The position numbers were made by a program, and so were the translations under genes. Below, one piece after another: positions 17,712-29,735 of a stretch of DNA of 64,000 nt. Each line of letters begins with the position of its first letter. Positions within the stretch are counted from its first letter, which is position 1. The notes beneath the pieces are model-generated. The model had not been told where the DNA came from, searched no databases, and saw only the letters and a program-made list of their open reading frames with translations. This DNA is from Amoebidium appalachense (lineage: Eukaryota; Protista; Ichthyosporea), in the NCBI GenBank assembly GCA_963693365.1, contig CAVNZM010000007.1, positions 4,461,962-4,525,961 of the forward strand, given 5' to 3'.

Positions 17712-17828
17712 ACACCCACCCACCTACCCACCCACCCATGCGGCACAGTGCACATGCGCACGCACACACATACACACAATATACGGCTACACAGTGCCAA
17801 GGCACACACAAACACACACGCGCGCGCG

Positions 17829-17880
<52 letters not shown>

Positions 17881-18013
17881 ACCTTGATCGTTTCCCAAGG
17901 CAATTTACTTTCGAGGATTTGATGCGTACACACACACAGACGTTGCCCTGCTGCACAGTGCCAAGGCACACACACACACATCCACACACTGCAGTGCTGC
18001 ACAGTGCGTCCGT

Positions 18014-18054
<41 letters not shown>

Positions 18055-18317
18055 ACGCACACGCACGCGCACACGCAGACACACATTCACATGCACACGC
18101 ACAGACACTTGCTGCATAGTGCCAAGGCACACGCAAACACCCCCCCCCCCCCCCCCCGAGGATGGGCTCTGCTTATGACGCATACTGTGCACATGGCTGA
18201 TGTTGCATACTTGAATGTTTGCCTTTGCATGTGTCCTGCACCATGCTTCTCGTCGTGTATGCGTACTTCGTACCGTGTTCCGCATTTAAACCCCCCCCCC
18301 CCCCCCCCCCCCCCCCA

Positions 18318-18350
<33 letters not shown>

Positions 18351-19071
18351 CACACTGCCCTGCCCTGCTGCACAGTGTCAAGGCACAAACACACATACAC
18401 ACACACACACTGTGCTGCTGTGCAGTGCCGATTACAAGGACGCATGCGCACACGAACACTATCCTGCTGCACAGTGTCAAGGCAGACTCTGCAGAAACGC
18501 ACAAACCCACACATACACTGCCCTGCTGCGCAGTGCCAAGACACATACACACACCCATGCTCGCGGACACACACAAACACACACACAGCCCTGCTACACA
18601 GTGCCAAGGCCAAGGACACACACAGCACACACTACCCTGCAGTCACATGGTACACACACGCACACACACAACACTATCCTGCTGTCACATGGCACACACA
18701 TGCACACACTACGTCCAAGACCAGGCACGCACACAGTGTGGGCTCTCAGACCCCACTAAGGAGTCCGGGTGGTGGACGTTTGCACGTGGCCCATGTGCTT
18801 GTGGCTGCTTGACAGTCTTAGATATCAGCGTGTGTTGGTTTGCAGGGGGCTAGCCTCAGGGGAAAGAAGGAAGGGTTGGTGTTGGGTGGCGGGCAGGCGC
18901 GAAAAGGCCCTGCATATGGCCTGGGGATAAATCGGGGAGGGGAAAGGTGGGGTTTGGGCTGTGTGGTGACGGGTCTATGTGCAGGGGGCGCAGGTGGCGG
19001 CCAAGCAGGCGGCATACCAGCAGCAGCAGGCAGACATGCAGGCCGTCATCAGCACCCTGGGCTGCCTCTGA
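16349..19071 (+). CDS. RBIS: Small basic protein (~100 aa) resembling ribosomal biogenesis factor RBIS/C8orf59; 3 exons
   Basis: Spliced product MAKHRK...[24 protein letters not shown]...[13 protein letters not shown]. It resembles human RBIS as recalled (MAKNK...KKINIMNEEKVNRVNKAFVNVQ...VNVDEATRLMALL) in length and motifs. Confidence 0.6.
17020..17680 (+). repeat. Compound tandem repeat (conserved ~70-bp core plus variable (CA)n) in RBIS-like intron 2
   Basis: About 5 copies of ATGCACACTGCCCTGCTGCACAG(T/C)GCCAGGCACTGCCTTGCTGCATAGTGCCAACACACTCGTAAA. Confidence 0.8.
18158..18290 (+). repeat. Dispersed ~133-bp poly-C-flanked repeat, copy 1 (other copies at 46625-46757 on - and, diverged, 25851-25952 on +)
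   Basis: Near-identical reverse-complement copy at 46625-46757; shared start GAGGATGGGCTCTGCT at 25852. Confidence 0.8.
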
Positions 19072-19241
19072 GCATGGCCCTGCACACAGCATGCAACAAG
19101 GCTGCATCACCCTGCACAGAGCACATACGGCCGGATTACCCTGCACAGAGCACACTGCTGGAATGCCCTGCATAGAGCACACACGACTGGAACACGCTGC
19201 ACTTCACAAGGCACCACTTTACTGCGCCAGGCCACCGGCGG

Positions 19242-21608
19242 TCAGTCTGAGTCGCTCACGTCGCTGTCGATGATGGGCTGCAGGTGGTCGGGGGGCCGCA
19301 GGCGGCGGCCCATGGGACGCACGTGGTAGATGCCCACCGTGGCCAGCCACTCCAGCAGCCCTGCACAGAAATCAGCCCCGCCCCGCCCACAACCATGCAC
19401 CACCCCACCCACCTTGCAGGTCCGTGCGCAGCTCCGGGGGTGCCCGGGCCTTGAGCTGGGTGAAGCGCAGCGCCAGATAGCGGCTAGACCTGCGCAAGCG
19501 CCTCAGAGCCTGCTGCCGGCACTGGCTGCCGGAATAAACCCCCATGGGCCAACACACACACACACACACACACTCGAGCACAGCCCAAGGCACGTGTTGC
19601 TCACTGCGGCTAGACCAGCACAGGCACGTACATGCACGTAGTGTAGCTGCTATGATATTCCATGCCCCCAGAAGAAAGGATTGGAGGGTCTAGACAGGCA
19701 GGCACAAGGCTATGCACATGGCAAACCAGGGGCAGGGACACAGAGACACTAGGCGTGGCAGGTATGGGCACCCACCACCCAAAATCGGCTATGTCCCGCC
19801 ACCGGATTTCGCTCTCGTGCTCGTAGCCAGCCTCCTGTAGCCTGCAAACCACCTTTAGAGCCCCCCCCCCCCCCCCCCCCCCCCCTTCCACCCTCCTCTT
19901 CCTTCCCACACACACACATCCCACCCGGTGGCCCACCTCTGCACAAGGTTCATGCTCTCAGCACGGCTCCAGCCGCGGCCCCCCCGCTGCGCATGGATGT
20001 GGTCCCCGACCGTGGTCCTGTGCCCGCCTGTGAGGGCCCCATCCGTGCCGGCCCAGCCAGCCTGGCCGTGGCACCCACCAGCGTATTTCACACTGCTTGG
20101 CTGCCCGGGTGCCGACCCACGGAGCCACCAGCTGCCACGGTATGTCCTCCTCCCCGTGCTGGCCTGCCAGCCCCTTCAGCACCATGCAACCCGCCGGGCC
20201 CCCCGGCCCAGGCACACGTACCCGGGGTGGTGAGGCCGGTCAGGTCGAAGACGGCCGCCACCAGGCGCTGGTGCTCGTCATCGGCCCAGGGCCCTGCAGC
20301 CAGTCAGTACTTCCCCCGGCCACGGCCCAGCCCCCAGCACCACCCACCCTGCTTGATGGCCGGGTTGTTCTTGATGCCCGTCAGGTAGTCGTGCCGCGCC
20401 TGCACGGCCCTTGCTCTCCGGCCCATCTTGTCGCCTATCTCGGTCCAGCGCTTGTCGCAGCTCACCGCCAGCCTGCCCCCCACCCGTCATCCTGTCAGCA
20501 CTGTGCCCCTGCCCCCTCCCCCCTCTCTGTGGGGGCTCACTCCAGCAGCTGGTCGTCCTCCTGTTGGCTGAAGGTGCCCTTTGTGCTGTCTGTGTCGTAC
20601 AGCCGCCGTGCATAGCGCTGCACAAACCGCAGCGGCCGCTGCAGGCCCTGGGCTGCGCCCGCAGTCAGCCCAGCCCCCCGCTCCCCCCCCTCCTCCTTCC
20701 CCCTCCCTTCGGGCCCCAGGGCTCAGTACTCTAGCCAGGGAAAGGTGCTCCCACAATCCGAGAAAAGGAAAAGATGAGAAAGGGGGGCAAAAGGGGGGAG
20801 GGGGTGGGGGTGTAATTGCAACCTGCTGTGCGCCAGAAGTCAGCATGTTCTGGGCTGGCCCTCTTGGTGTACTTGGTCAGCACCAGTGTCTGCGCGTCCA
20901 GCCCATGCCCCTACCAACCCCCTCCCCATCAGCACCCATTGTTTGCCCTCCCGAGTGCTGCGCTGAACTTGGGCAAAAAGCAGCCACCAAGCACCTCAAC
21001 ACACTAAGAAGGGAGGAAAAACACAGCAGCCCAAAACAGCAGCCAAGCCGGACCGACCCTTCACACCACACAAGCACGTACACGAGCCTCTGCATATGCA
21101 CGCACGCACGCACGCTGTCCTTGCTGTGCTCGCCAACAAGTGCACACAGGCAGGACACGGACCTCGCAGTAGGCTTCAATGTTGCTACGCAGCCTCTTGG
21201 TTTCTGCGGCCGTGTACTTGCCCTTTTTCCATTCTATCCCTGCAGTTTCCGTGTCAGCCCCACGTCTCCCCCCCCCCCCCCCTCCCCCCCCCCCCCCCCC
21301 CCCCCCCCCTCCCATCTCCGCCTTCCCCCACCCGACACGCACCCTGAGTCTTCAGGCTCTCCCTCCACTCGCGACTCCAGTTCCTGAGGCCCACCCTGTC
21401 AGCCTGCGCCCCACGCACCCCCGTGCCCGGCCACGCACCAGCTCAACAGCTCTGCCGGCACCTCTCCCGCCCCGGCGGCCGCTTGTTGGCCCCCGTTCAC
21501 TGAAGCAGCCTGCAGCGTGCCGTCGCCCTCTTCCGCCGCCCCGCCAGCGCGCTGGCGCTTTGCAGGGCGCTGGGAGGGCGCCTTGTTGTGCCTCTTGCGG
21601 TCGGCCAT
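19242..21608 (-). CDS. Multi-Myb-repeat DNA-binding protein, Reb1/TTF1/DMTF1-like
   Basis: Spliced exons: WKKGKYTAAE, KGTFSQQEDDQL...KRWTEIGDKMGR, GPWADDEHQRL, DIPWQLVAPWVGTRAAKQCEIRW, GWSRAESMNLVQRL...ESEIRWRDIA. Confidence 0.8.
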
Positions 21609-21902
21609 AGGTCGCACTGGCGCATTGCTGGCTGATGCCGGGCCGTTGGGCCGTGGCTCGCGGCACACAACTGTGCAAAAAGGTGCGCGCACAGATGCTG
21701 CGGCACAGCCACGTGAAGCAGACTTCCGTATATATGTTTTTTGCGCCCAACGCAGCCTCCACCCACACAGGCTCGCACCGCGCAGCGTAGGCAGGCTGGC
21801 AGGGCAGGCAGTCGCGGGCACGGGTCAGGCTGTCCAGAGGGGGGGAGAACTGCGGGAACGGCAAGTGTCTAGGCCCCGCTGGAGGGGGCAGGTGGGGGCG
21901 TG

Positions 21903-22642
21903 ATGAACGAAAAGGGGGCCAAGGGCTGGGTGTGTGAGCGCAGCATGGAGAACAGACAGGTGTTCCCGCCGCCGCCGCGGCTGGCCGGGGCGTACTGCAC
22001 CAGCCAGGCCGACTATGAGCGGCTGTACCGCGAGAGCCTCGACGACCCGGACGCCTTCTGGGCGCGGCTGGCGGCCGACTTCCACTGGGAGAAGGTGCGT
22101 GTGCCGGCGGCAGCCAAGCGGGGCGGGGGCTGACGGGCGGGCGGGGGCGCAGCGCTGGGAGCAGGTGCAGTCGTTCAACTTCGACCTGGCCAAGGGGCCC
22201 ATCCACATCCGCTGGTTTGCCGGGGCGCAGACAAACGTCTGCTACAACCTGCTGGACCGGCACATCCAGGCCGGCCACAAGGACCGCGTGGCCTACTACT
22301 GGTACACCCCGGCAAGGCCCTGGCCAGGGGCGAGGGCGTGGCTGACGGGGGGCGCAGGGAGGGCAACGAGCCCAGCCAGCACTTCACCATCACCTACGGC
22401 CAGCTGCACGAGCAGGTGTGCCGCTTTGCCAATGTGCTGCTGAGCCGCGGCGTCAAGAAGGGCGACCGCGTGGCGCTGTATCTGCCCATGATCGTCGAGC
22501 TGGTCGTGGGCATGCTGGCCTGCGCACGCATAGGCGCCTGCCATTCGGTTGTGGTGCGTGGCCAACGAGGGAGGGGGGGGGTGGGGGGGTTAAGGGTGGA
22601 TGAAGGGGGCAGGGGACGTGTCCACGGAAGGGGCAGTTTTTC

Positions 22643-22696
<54 letters not shown>

Positions 22697-22824
22697 CCTC
22701 CCTCCCTCCCTCCCTCCCTCCCTCCCCTCCCTCCCTCCCTCCCTCCCTCCCTCCCTCCCTCCCTCCCTCCCTCCCTCCCTCCCTCCCTCCCTCCCTCCCT
22801 CCCTCCCTCCCTCCCTCCCTCCCT

Positions 22825-22876
<52 letters not shown>

Positions 22877-23658
22877 GCGGGGGGGGGGGGGGGGGGGAAG
22901 GGGAGGGAGTGGTTGCTGAAGGCAGGGGCAGTTTGGGGGGTTCTCGTCCAAGGCGCTTGCAGACCGCATCTACGACTCAAAGTCCAAGGTGCTCATCACC
23001 TGCGGTAAGTTGCGGGGGGGGAGAGGGGGGGGAGGGAGGGAGGGAGGGGGGCACTGCTGACTTGTGTTTGCAGACGGAGTGTACCGGGGCACCAAGCTGA
23101 TCGAGCTGGTCAAGATAGCTGACAGTGCACTGGCCCTGTGCGAGGAGGAGCACGGCCACAGCGTCGAGACCGTCGTGGTGGTGCGCTGGACCAGACAGCC
23201 CCCCGGCATCGACTGGGGCCCACGGTTTGTCTGGTGGGACGAAGCCGTGGCAAAGGCCGACCCGGACTGCCCCCCCGTGTGGCTGGATGCAGAGGACCCG
23301 CTGTTCATGCTGTACACAAGGTGGGGGGGTGTATGCGGTACACAAGGTGGGGGGGTGTATGCTGTACACAAGGTGTGTGTGTAGGGGAAGGGAGGGGGAT
23401 ATGCTGTATATAGGGTGGGAGAGGGGGTCGTGTGCACAAGGTTGGGGGGGGGGAGGGGGGGGTTGATGCTGTACAAAGGTGGGGAAGGGGGGAGGGGGGG
23501 AATACTTAGCACTTTTTTGGGGGAGGGAGGGGAGGGGGGGGGGGATGCTGTACACCAGGTGGTTGTGTGGGAGGGTGTCCGTGCTGTATACATGGCAGGG
23601 AGGTTCGTGCTATGAAGGGTGTGTGTGTGTGGGGGGGGGTTTCGTGCTGTATACAAGG

Positions 23659-23707
<49 letters not shown>

Positions 23708-25669
23708 CGTGCTGTATGCGAGGTGGGTTGAAGGGGGGGGGGGGGGGGTGGGGGAGGGGGCTCGTTCGTTTCACAAGATGGGGTGGTACTGTGGGTTTCA
23801 TGCTGTACGGGATATAGTGTACGGGTGAACGGTGGTTCGTGATGTGCCAAAAGGCAAGGGGGCACCAAAGGCTGTGAGGCAGCATGCAGGGGGCTGCTGA
23901 CTGTAGGGTGCAGCGGGTCACAGGGCAAGCCCAAGGGGGTGGTGCACACGGTGGGGGGCTACATGGTGTATGCTGCCACCACATTCAAGTACGTCTTCGA
24001 CTACCACCCAGGCGACGTCTACTGGTGCACGGCCGACATTGGCTGGATCACGGGCCACTCGTACATTGGTGGGTGCCCGCTGGCCCCGGGGGCGCATGCA
24101 GGGCGGGGCTGACACGGTGGCGGCTGCAGTGTACGGGCCACTGGGGGTGGGGGCCAGCACGGTGCTATTCGAGGGCATCCCCACGTACCCGGACCCGGGG
24201 CGGTTCTGGGCCGTGTGTGCCAAGTACAAGGTCACCCAGTTCTACACGGCCCCAACGGCCATCCGCGCACTAATGCGCCATGGCGACCACTTTGTCAAGC
24301 GGTAGGTGGAGGATGTGAGGGGCAGGGGGAGGGGGGAGGGGGGGGGAGGGGGGGAGGGGGCAATGGGAGTGTGGGCTAAGGGGCAGCAGGCACGATCTGT
24401 CTTCGCTGCGGGTGCTGGGCACGGTGGGGGAGCCCATCAACCCCGAGGCATGGCTGTGGTACTACCACGTGGTGGGCAACGGCCAGTGTGCCGTGGTGGA
24501 CACGTACTGGCAGACAGAGACCGGTGCGTGCACACACAGATCCCGGCAGGCGCGGGCCCATGTCCTGACGGCTGGGCACAGGGGGCCACGTGATCTCCCC
24601 GCTGCCCGGGGCCATCCCCATGAAGCCCGGGGCCTGCTGTGTGCCGTTCTTTGGCGTCGACTGGACCCTGGTGGACCAGCAGGTGCCCTGCCGCTGCTGC
24701 TTTGGGGGGGAGAGGGGGGGGGGGGTTGTATGCTGAAGATGGGGTGCAGGGCCAGGAGGTCAAGGAGGGCGACGGCTACATTGTGTTCCGGCGGCCCATG
24801 CCGGGGCTGTGCCGCACCCTGTTTGGAGACCCCGAGCGCTATGAGCGCACATACTTCCACGACTTTCCGGGCTACTACAACACCGGCGACGGTAGCTGCC
24901 CCCTCAGTGTGCCCGCCTCTCTCTGTGTCTCCCTGCCAGTCCACCTGGGTGCTCCCCTGCCACTCCCACCCTTGGTCACTGCCCGCCACCTTTGCCTCCG
25001 TGTGCATGCCCATGTCCATGCCGCCTGGCATGCCCTGTGCGTTGCACCGTGTGTCTGCTGCCCAGCTGGTGCATGCCGTGCCTGTGCACACGGTGCTGTG
25101 CCCAACTTGGGGCGGACTCATGTGGCCCGGCATGGTGCCTGTGTGGTCGTGTGTTCGTGCATTTGCGGGCCCTGCACTTTGTGCTTCGTTTGCTTGTTCC
25201 TTCTGCTATGTATCATGTACCCTCTTTGTGTGCCCTCTTTTTGTGTGTCCTCTTCTCCTTTGTATCATGTGCCCTCTTTATTGTGTGCCCTCTTCTCCTT
25301 TGTATCATGTGCCCTCTTTATTGTGTGCCCTCTTCTCCTTTGTATCAGGTGCCCTCTTTATTGTGTGCCCTCTTTATTGTGTACCCTCTTCTCCTGTGTA
25401 TCATGTGCCCTCTTTAATGTGTGCCCTCTTTATTGTGTGCCCTCTTCTCCTTTGTATCATGTGCCCTCTTTATTGTGTGCCCTCTTCTCCTTTGTATCAT
25501 TACCCCTCTTTATTGTGTGCCCTCTATATTGTGTGTCCTCTTCTCCTTTGTATCATGTGCATTCTTTATTGTGTGCCCTCTTCTCCTTTGTATCATGTGT
25601 CCACTTATGCACTGTCCTGCCCCTTGTCTCCCTCCCTGCTACTCCTGCACATGCCCCCTCTCCCCGCCC

Positions 25670-25716
<47 letters not shown>

Positions 25717-28228
25717 CCGTCCGCCTGCTCCAGCACATGCCAACCACTTGTGACCCACCCATGTTCAAGTGAAACAGTATCTGAGTTTGGATTTGGTTGA
25801 CGAGGTGAATGGGTCGAAACCGGGGTACTGTGGATGACGTGCCCCCCCACTGAGGATGGGCTCTGCTCATTATGCATACTCTTATGTATGGTTTGCATTC
25901 TGCGTCGTGTTATCCGTTGTTCTTGTGTACTTTGTACTTTGTGACATCCAACCCTCCCCCCCTCCACCCCCCCTTTCTCACGGTGCACCAAGCACCAGCG
26001 CCACCACACTGGTGCTGTTGCTGGAAAACCGTCTGACTGCCGTGTGTGTGCGTGATCAGTCTCTGGTAGTCCAAGCGGCAATTAAGATCCCCCCCTCCCC
26101 TTCTTGCCCTTGCGCATACATTTGAACAGACCGCCACCACCGCTCGCCTCACACCCCAATAGCAACTCTCTATTTTGAATGCCACCCTTCGTCTTTGTGC
26201 CCATTGCCGCTACCGTCGTAACCACTAGAAACAGCCACTCTTTTATTGGAAGCTCATGCACAACAATCATAACCTTTTTCATCCCAATACCCCCCCGCCC
26301 CACTCCACCCTATCCCTGGCCGGAGGGCCCATGTCATGTCCATTGTTGCTGGGGAGGCCTCCCTTTCCAGTAACTTCTATGGGACTCGGGGTCTATGTCG
26401 ACATCGCGTAGCACGCAAGGGGCGCGAAAGGGCGTGAATGCTACGTCATCTATACGTCAGACTTTTGTTTTCTTTGCCCGTGTGGTGCATTCTCCTTTCT
26501 TGGAAGTGGGGTGTTTGCCATTTAAAGGAACCCTGGAGAAATGCCGACAAACGATGTTAACATTTCGTCTGTGTTCATGTCGGCCTATGTCGATGCAACG
26601 TCATATAGACGTCAAACATTAGCGTGATCGAGTGGCTGTTGCCGGTCATGCCGATAAATTGAGTGCACTGATTATGTTTTGCTATACATGGGGTGTCCAC
26701 TTCTAGGAAATCGACATACACGGAGAATTCCATGCATGCCATTAGCCGGCTTGGTGGTTACTGTCTTGAGGGAAAGTTCACTGCCCCCCCCCCCCCCCCA
26801 CCTTTCTTCCCCGCACGGCATGTAGTGCCAAAGGAATGGCGGCTCCCCTCCCTCGGCCTTTCATGCTGGCCGGGTGCACCTGCCCACCACCGTGCTGTGT
26901 GGCTGTGTGCCGGCCGGCTGCTGACGGGCTTGCAGGGGGCTACCGGGACAAGGACGGCATGCTGTGGGTGACGGGGCGCATGGATGACGTCATGAGTGTG
27001 TCGGGCCACCGCATAGGCACGGCCGAGGTGGGTGGCTGCAGGCTTGGGGCCAGGGGCTTCTGGGGGCATGCTGACGGGGCTGCAGGTGGAGAGTGCCCTG
27101 ACCAGTCACGAGGCCGTGAGCGAGGCGGCCACCATCGAGGTGCCCCACGAGATCAAGGGGGGGTCCATCCATGCCTACGTCATCCTCAAGGACCAGGTCA
27201 CCCTGACCCCCGGTACGCGCCCTGTTGGTTTCTGGCCTGTAAATGTCTGTGTGGTGTGTGTTTGTCTTCTGATGTCTCCGGCCTCACATTGGGCGACCCC
27301 ACCCAAATATCCGAACACAAACCCAGATTCCTAGATTTAATATTAGTCTGCTGGACCGATTGGGTAGCGAAATATTCCGATTCAATCTGCTACCAATCGT
27401 CGCGTGGTCTGACATGCCATAGATCACCATCGAGCACCTGAATCTCGAAAGAAAAGCGCCTCTTTGATAGGACATCTTTTCCGAATAAGGAAGGTGATTT
27501 GGGTTTCGCAGTCTCAGATCTGGGTTAAGAATAGGAATCTAGGAGGGGGGAGGGGGGGCGGGGCGGTCTTCTGGATTTCTAGACCCAAACTCAAATGCTT
27601 GAATCTAGCGACAACCAGAAGAAGCAAAAAACCGCCAAGAACTAAGGTTTTGAAAATATATTGTTCGAACATTTTTATCTTTCTAATATGAATTTATCTT
27701 TCGAATATGAATTTATTACACAACATTAATATTAGTACTTTTTATAATGCTTTATTGTAGTACACATTTTTTGTTTCTTTATAATACATAGGCATAACGC
27801 GATGCGGCGGTCATGTCGTATATTTGACATCTGGGTTTAACATCTAGGTTTAGGTTTGGGTATTTGGGTGCGGTATAGTCGCCCATTTGCAACCCTCTGT
27901 GCATGCGCTGACGGGGGGACACAGAGCTGGAGATGGACCTGCGGGGCATAGTGCGGGCCATGGTGGGGGCGTTTGCCACCCCCGACGTGATCAAGGAGGC
28001 CCCCGGCCTGCCCAAGACACGGTCGGGCAAGATCATGCGGCGCATATTGCGCAAGATAGCAACCCACCAGGTAAGCATGGGCTGGCGGGGCATGGGGCGG
28101 GTGGGCAGGGACTGACTGGCTGTGGGGTGCAGTACGACAACATAGGCGACACGTCGACCATCGCAGAGCCCGATGTCGTCGAGGCCCTGATCCGCCAGGC
28201 AAAGGCTGAGGCCCGCCCGGCCCAATAG
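21903..28228 (+). CDS. ACSS2: Acetyl-CoA synthetase (AMP-forming), 14 exons
   Basis: Motifs [64 protein letters not shown] and [12 protein letters not shown]. An alternative start is ATG 21945. Confidence 0.95.
25205..25605 (+). repeat. Intronic minisatellite (~40-bp unit, TGTGCCCTCTTCTCCTTTGTATCATGTGCCCTCTTTATTG)
   Basis: Direct inspection of ACS intron 10. Confidence 0.8.
27291..27884. mobile_element. MITE (594 bp) in ACS intron 12, PIF/Harbinger (Tourist)-like
   Basis: Imperfect TIRs GGGCGAC...CACCCAAATA.CC.AAC..AAACC.AGAT at both ends, a 3-bp duplication ATT on both sides and an AT-rich interior. Confidence 0.75.
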
Positions 28229-29050
28229 GGGCTGGGTGGCTGCCTGGCACTACACATAGTTAGCTCCTGCGGCCCACTGGAAATAAATATGGGGCCCTGC
28301 ACTGGCCTGTGGGGTAGGCCGACAGACATACACACTGTGATGGCAAGCACATACACCGGGCTGACACGCATGCACCGAGGTGGTGGCCACAAGGCCCCAG
28401 CACTGCGGGGTTGCGGCAGCAGGTGGGCACGTAGCTGCCCCATCCATGCAGCGCACCTCAACACAAGTGTTTGGTCTCCTAATGTCAGCCAGGCAGTTGC
28501 AACCCACATCCATCTATGCTGGCAGTACAATCCATATATAGGTGGGGTGCCTTGTGTCTAATTAGGTGGGGGCATGAGTGAGGGTACACGGCTGGGAAAA
28601 GAAAGATTAGAATTCAAAGGTGTGTAGGATTAGGGAGAGGGGAGGGATGTATGTGTGAAGAGGCTTGGAAGTATGGAGCCAGGAAGAGACACCAAAGGAC
28701 AAAATACAAACACCGCCAAAATGAAAAACCCCTTAAATGAAACAGCTTGAGCCTGCAGGCAGAAGACACTTGAACAGAGCCCATCATCAAGGGGGTTCCG
28801 ATGTCTGCACCAAAGAATGGGTTTCGACTCTTCAATTCAGCTGAACCTCTCGCGCGTGGTTCCCAACCCATATTTCGTTTCAACAGCAATAGATGAGTCC
28901 ATCCGTCTTGGCCAAAGACGAGCAGGGTTGTTCAAGAAGCAGCAATCTAAGAACACAGAGCCTACAATACCTGCAAGCAGACACTATTATCAACAAAGAA
29001 AACAAGCAGAGAAGGAGAGCACAAGTCGGACTTCAATTATATGGAGAAGT

Positions 29051-29083
<33 letters not shown>

Positions 29084-29319
29084 AATGAATATTGCATGGC
29101 CACTGCAGGCAGCAACGTCAATCGGACACCACCTTTGGCGGTGGTTTTATTTGACTGTGGCCAGATATACTAAACCTACGGCCACCCTAACATACAGTAC
29201 TAGCATTGAACATCACATTATACGAATATATTTGTTAACCACTGGCAAGCCTCCCTACTATATCATTTGATGGCCACCCCCCGACCGCCCACTATGTACA
29301 ACCAACCATGCAGGGTAGG

Positions 29320-29475
29320 CTAGCCGCTGCGCAATATCTCCTCTGCGCGCTTGTTTCCGGCATTGATGCGGCCGATGTTGCTGTCTGCCTTGATGTTGAC
29401 GCGGTCCAGCTGCTGGTTCTGTGATGCCAGCTCCTCGTTCATGGCTTGTGCCTGCACACACACAAACTCAGCCAT

Positions 29476-29515
<40 letters not shown>

Positions 29516-29688
29516 ACCACCACCACCGCCACCACCGCCACCACCACGTACCTGGCCCTTGAGGTTTGCCAGGATGCCGCCCACGGCATCGAGGTTCTCT
29601 TCCATCTCGTCCTCTCGTGCATCATTGGTCACCCGCTTCATTCGTGCAGGCTCGTCTCCAGCCCCTGCAGCCCCCCAGCCCCTTAGCC

Positions 29689-29735
<47 letters not shown>

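Noticed and set aside
25795-25835. Minimal hammerhead-like string TTGACGA...GAAACCGGGGTA
   Set aside because: Non-canonical core and no convincing stems I or II.
25770-26780. Possible ~1-kb insertion in ACS intron 10 with CTATGTCGA motifs
   Set aside because: Composition suggests a TE relic, but no TIR or TSD could be defined.
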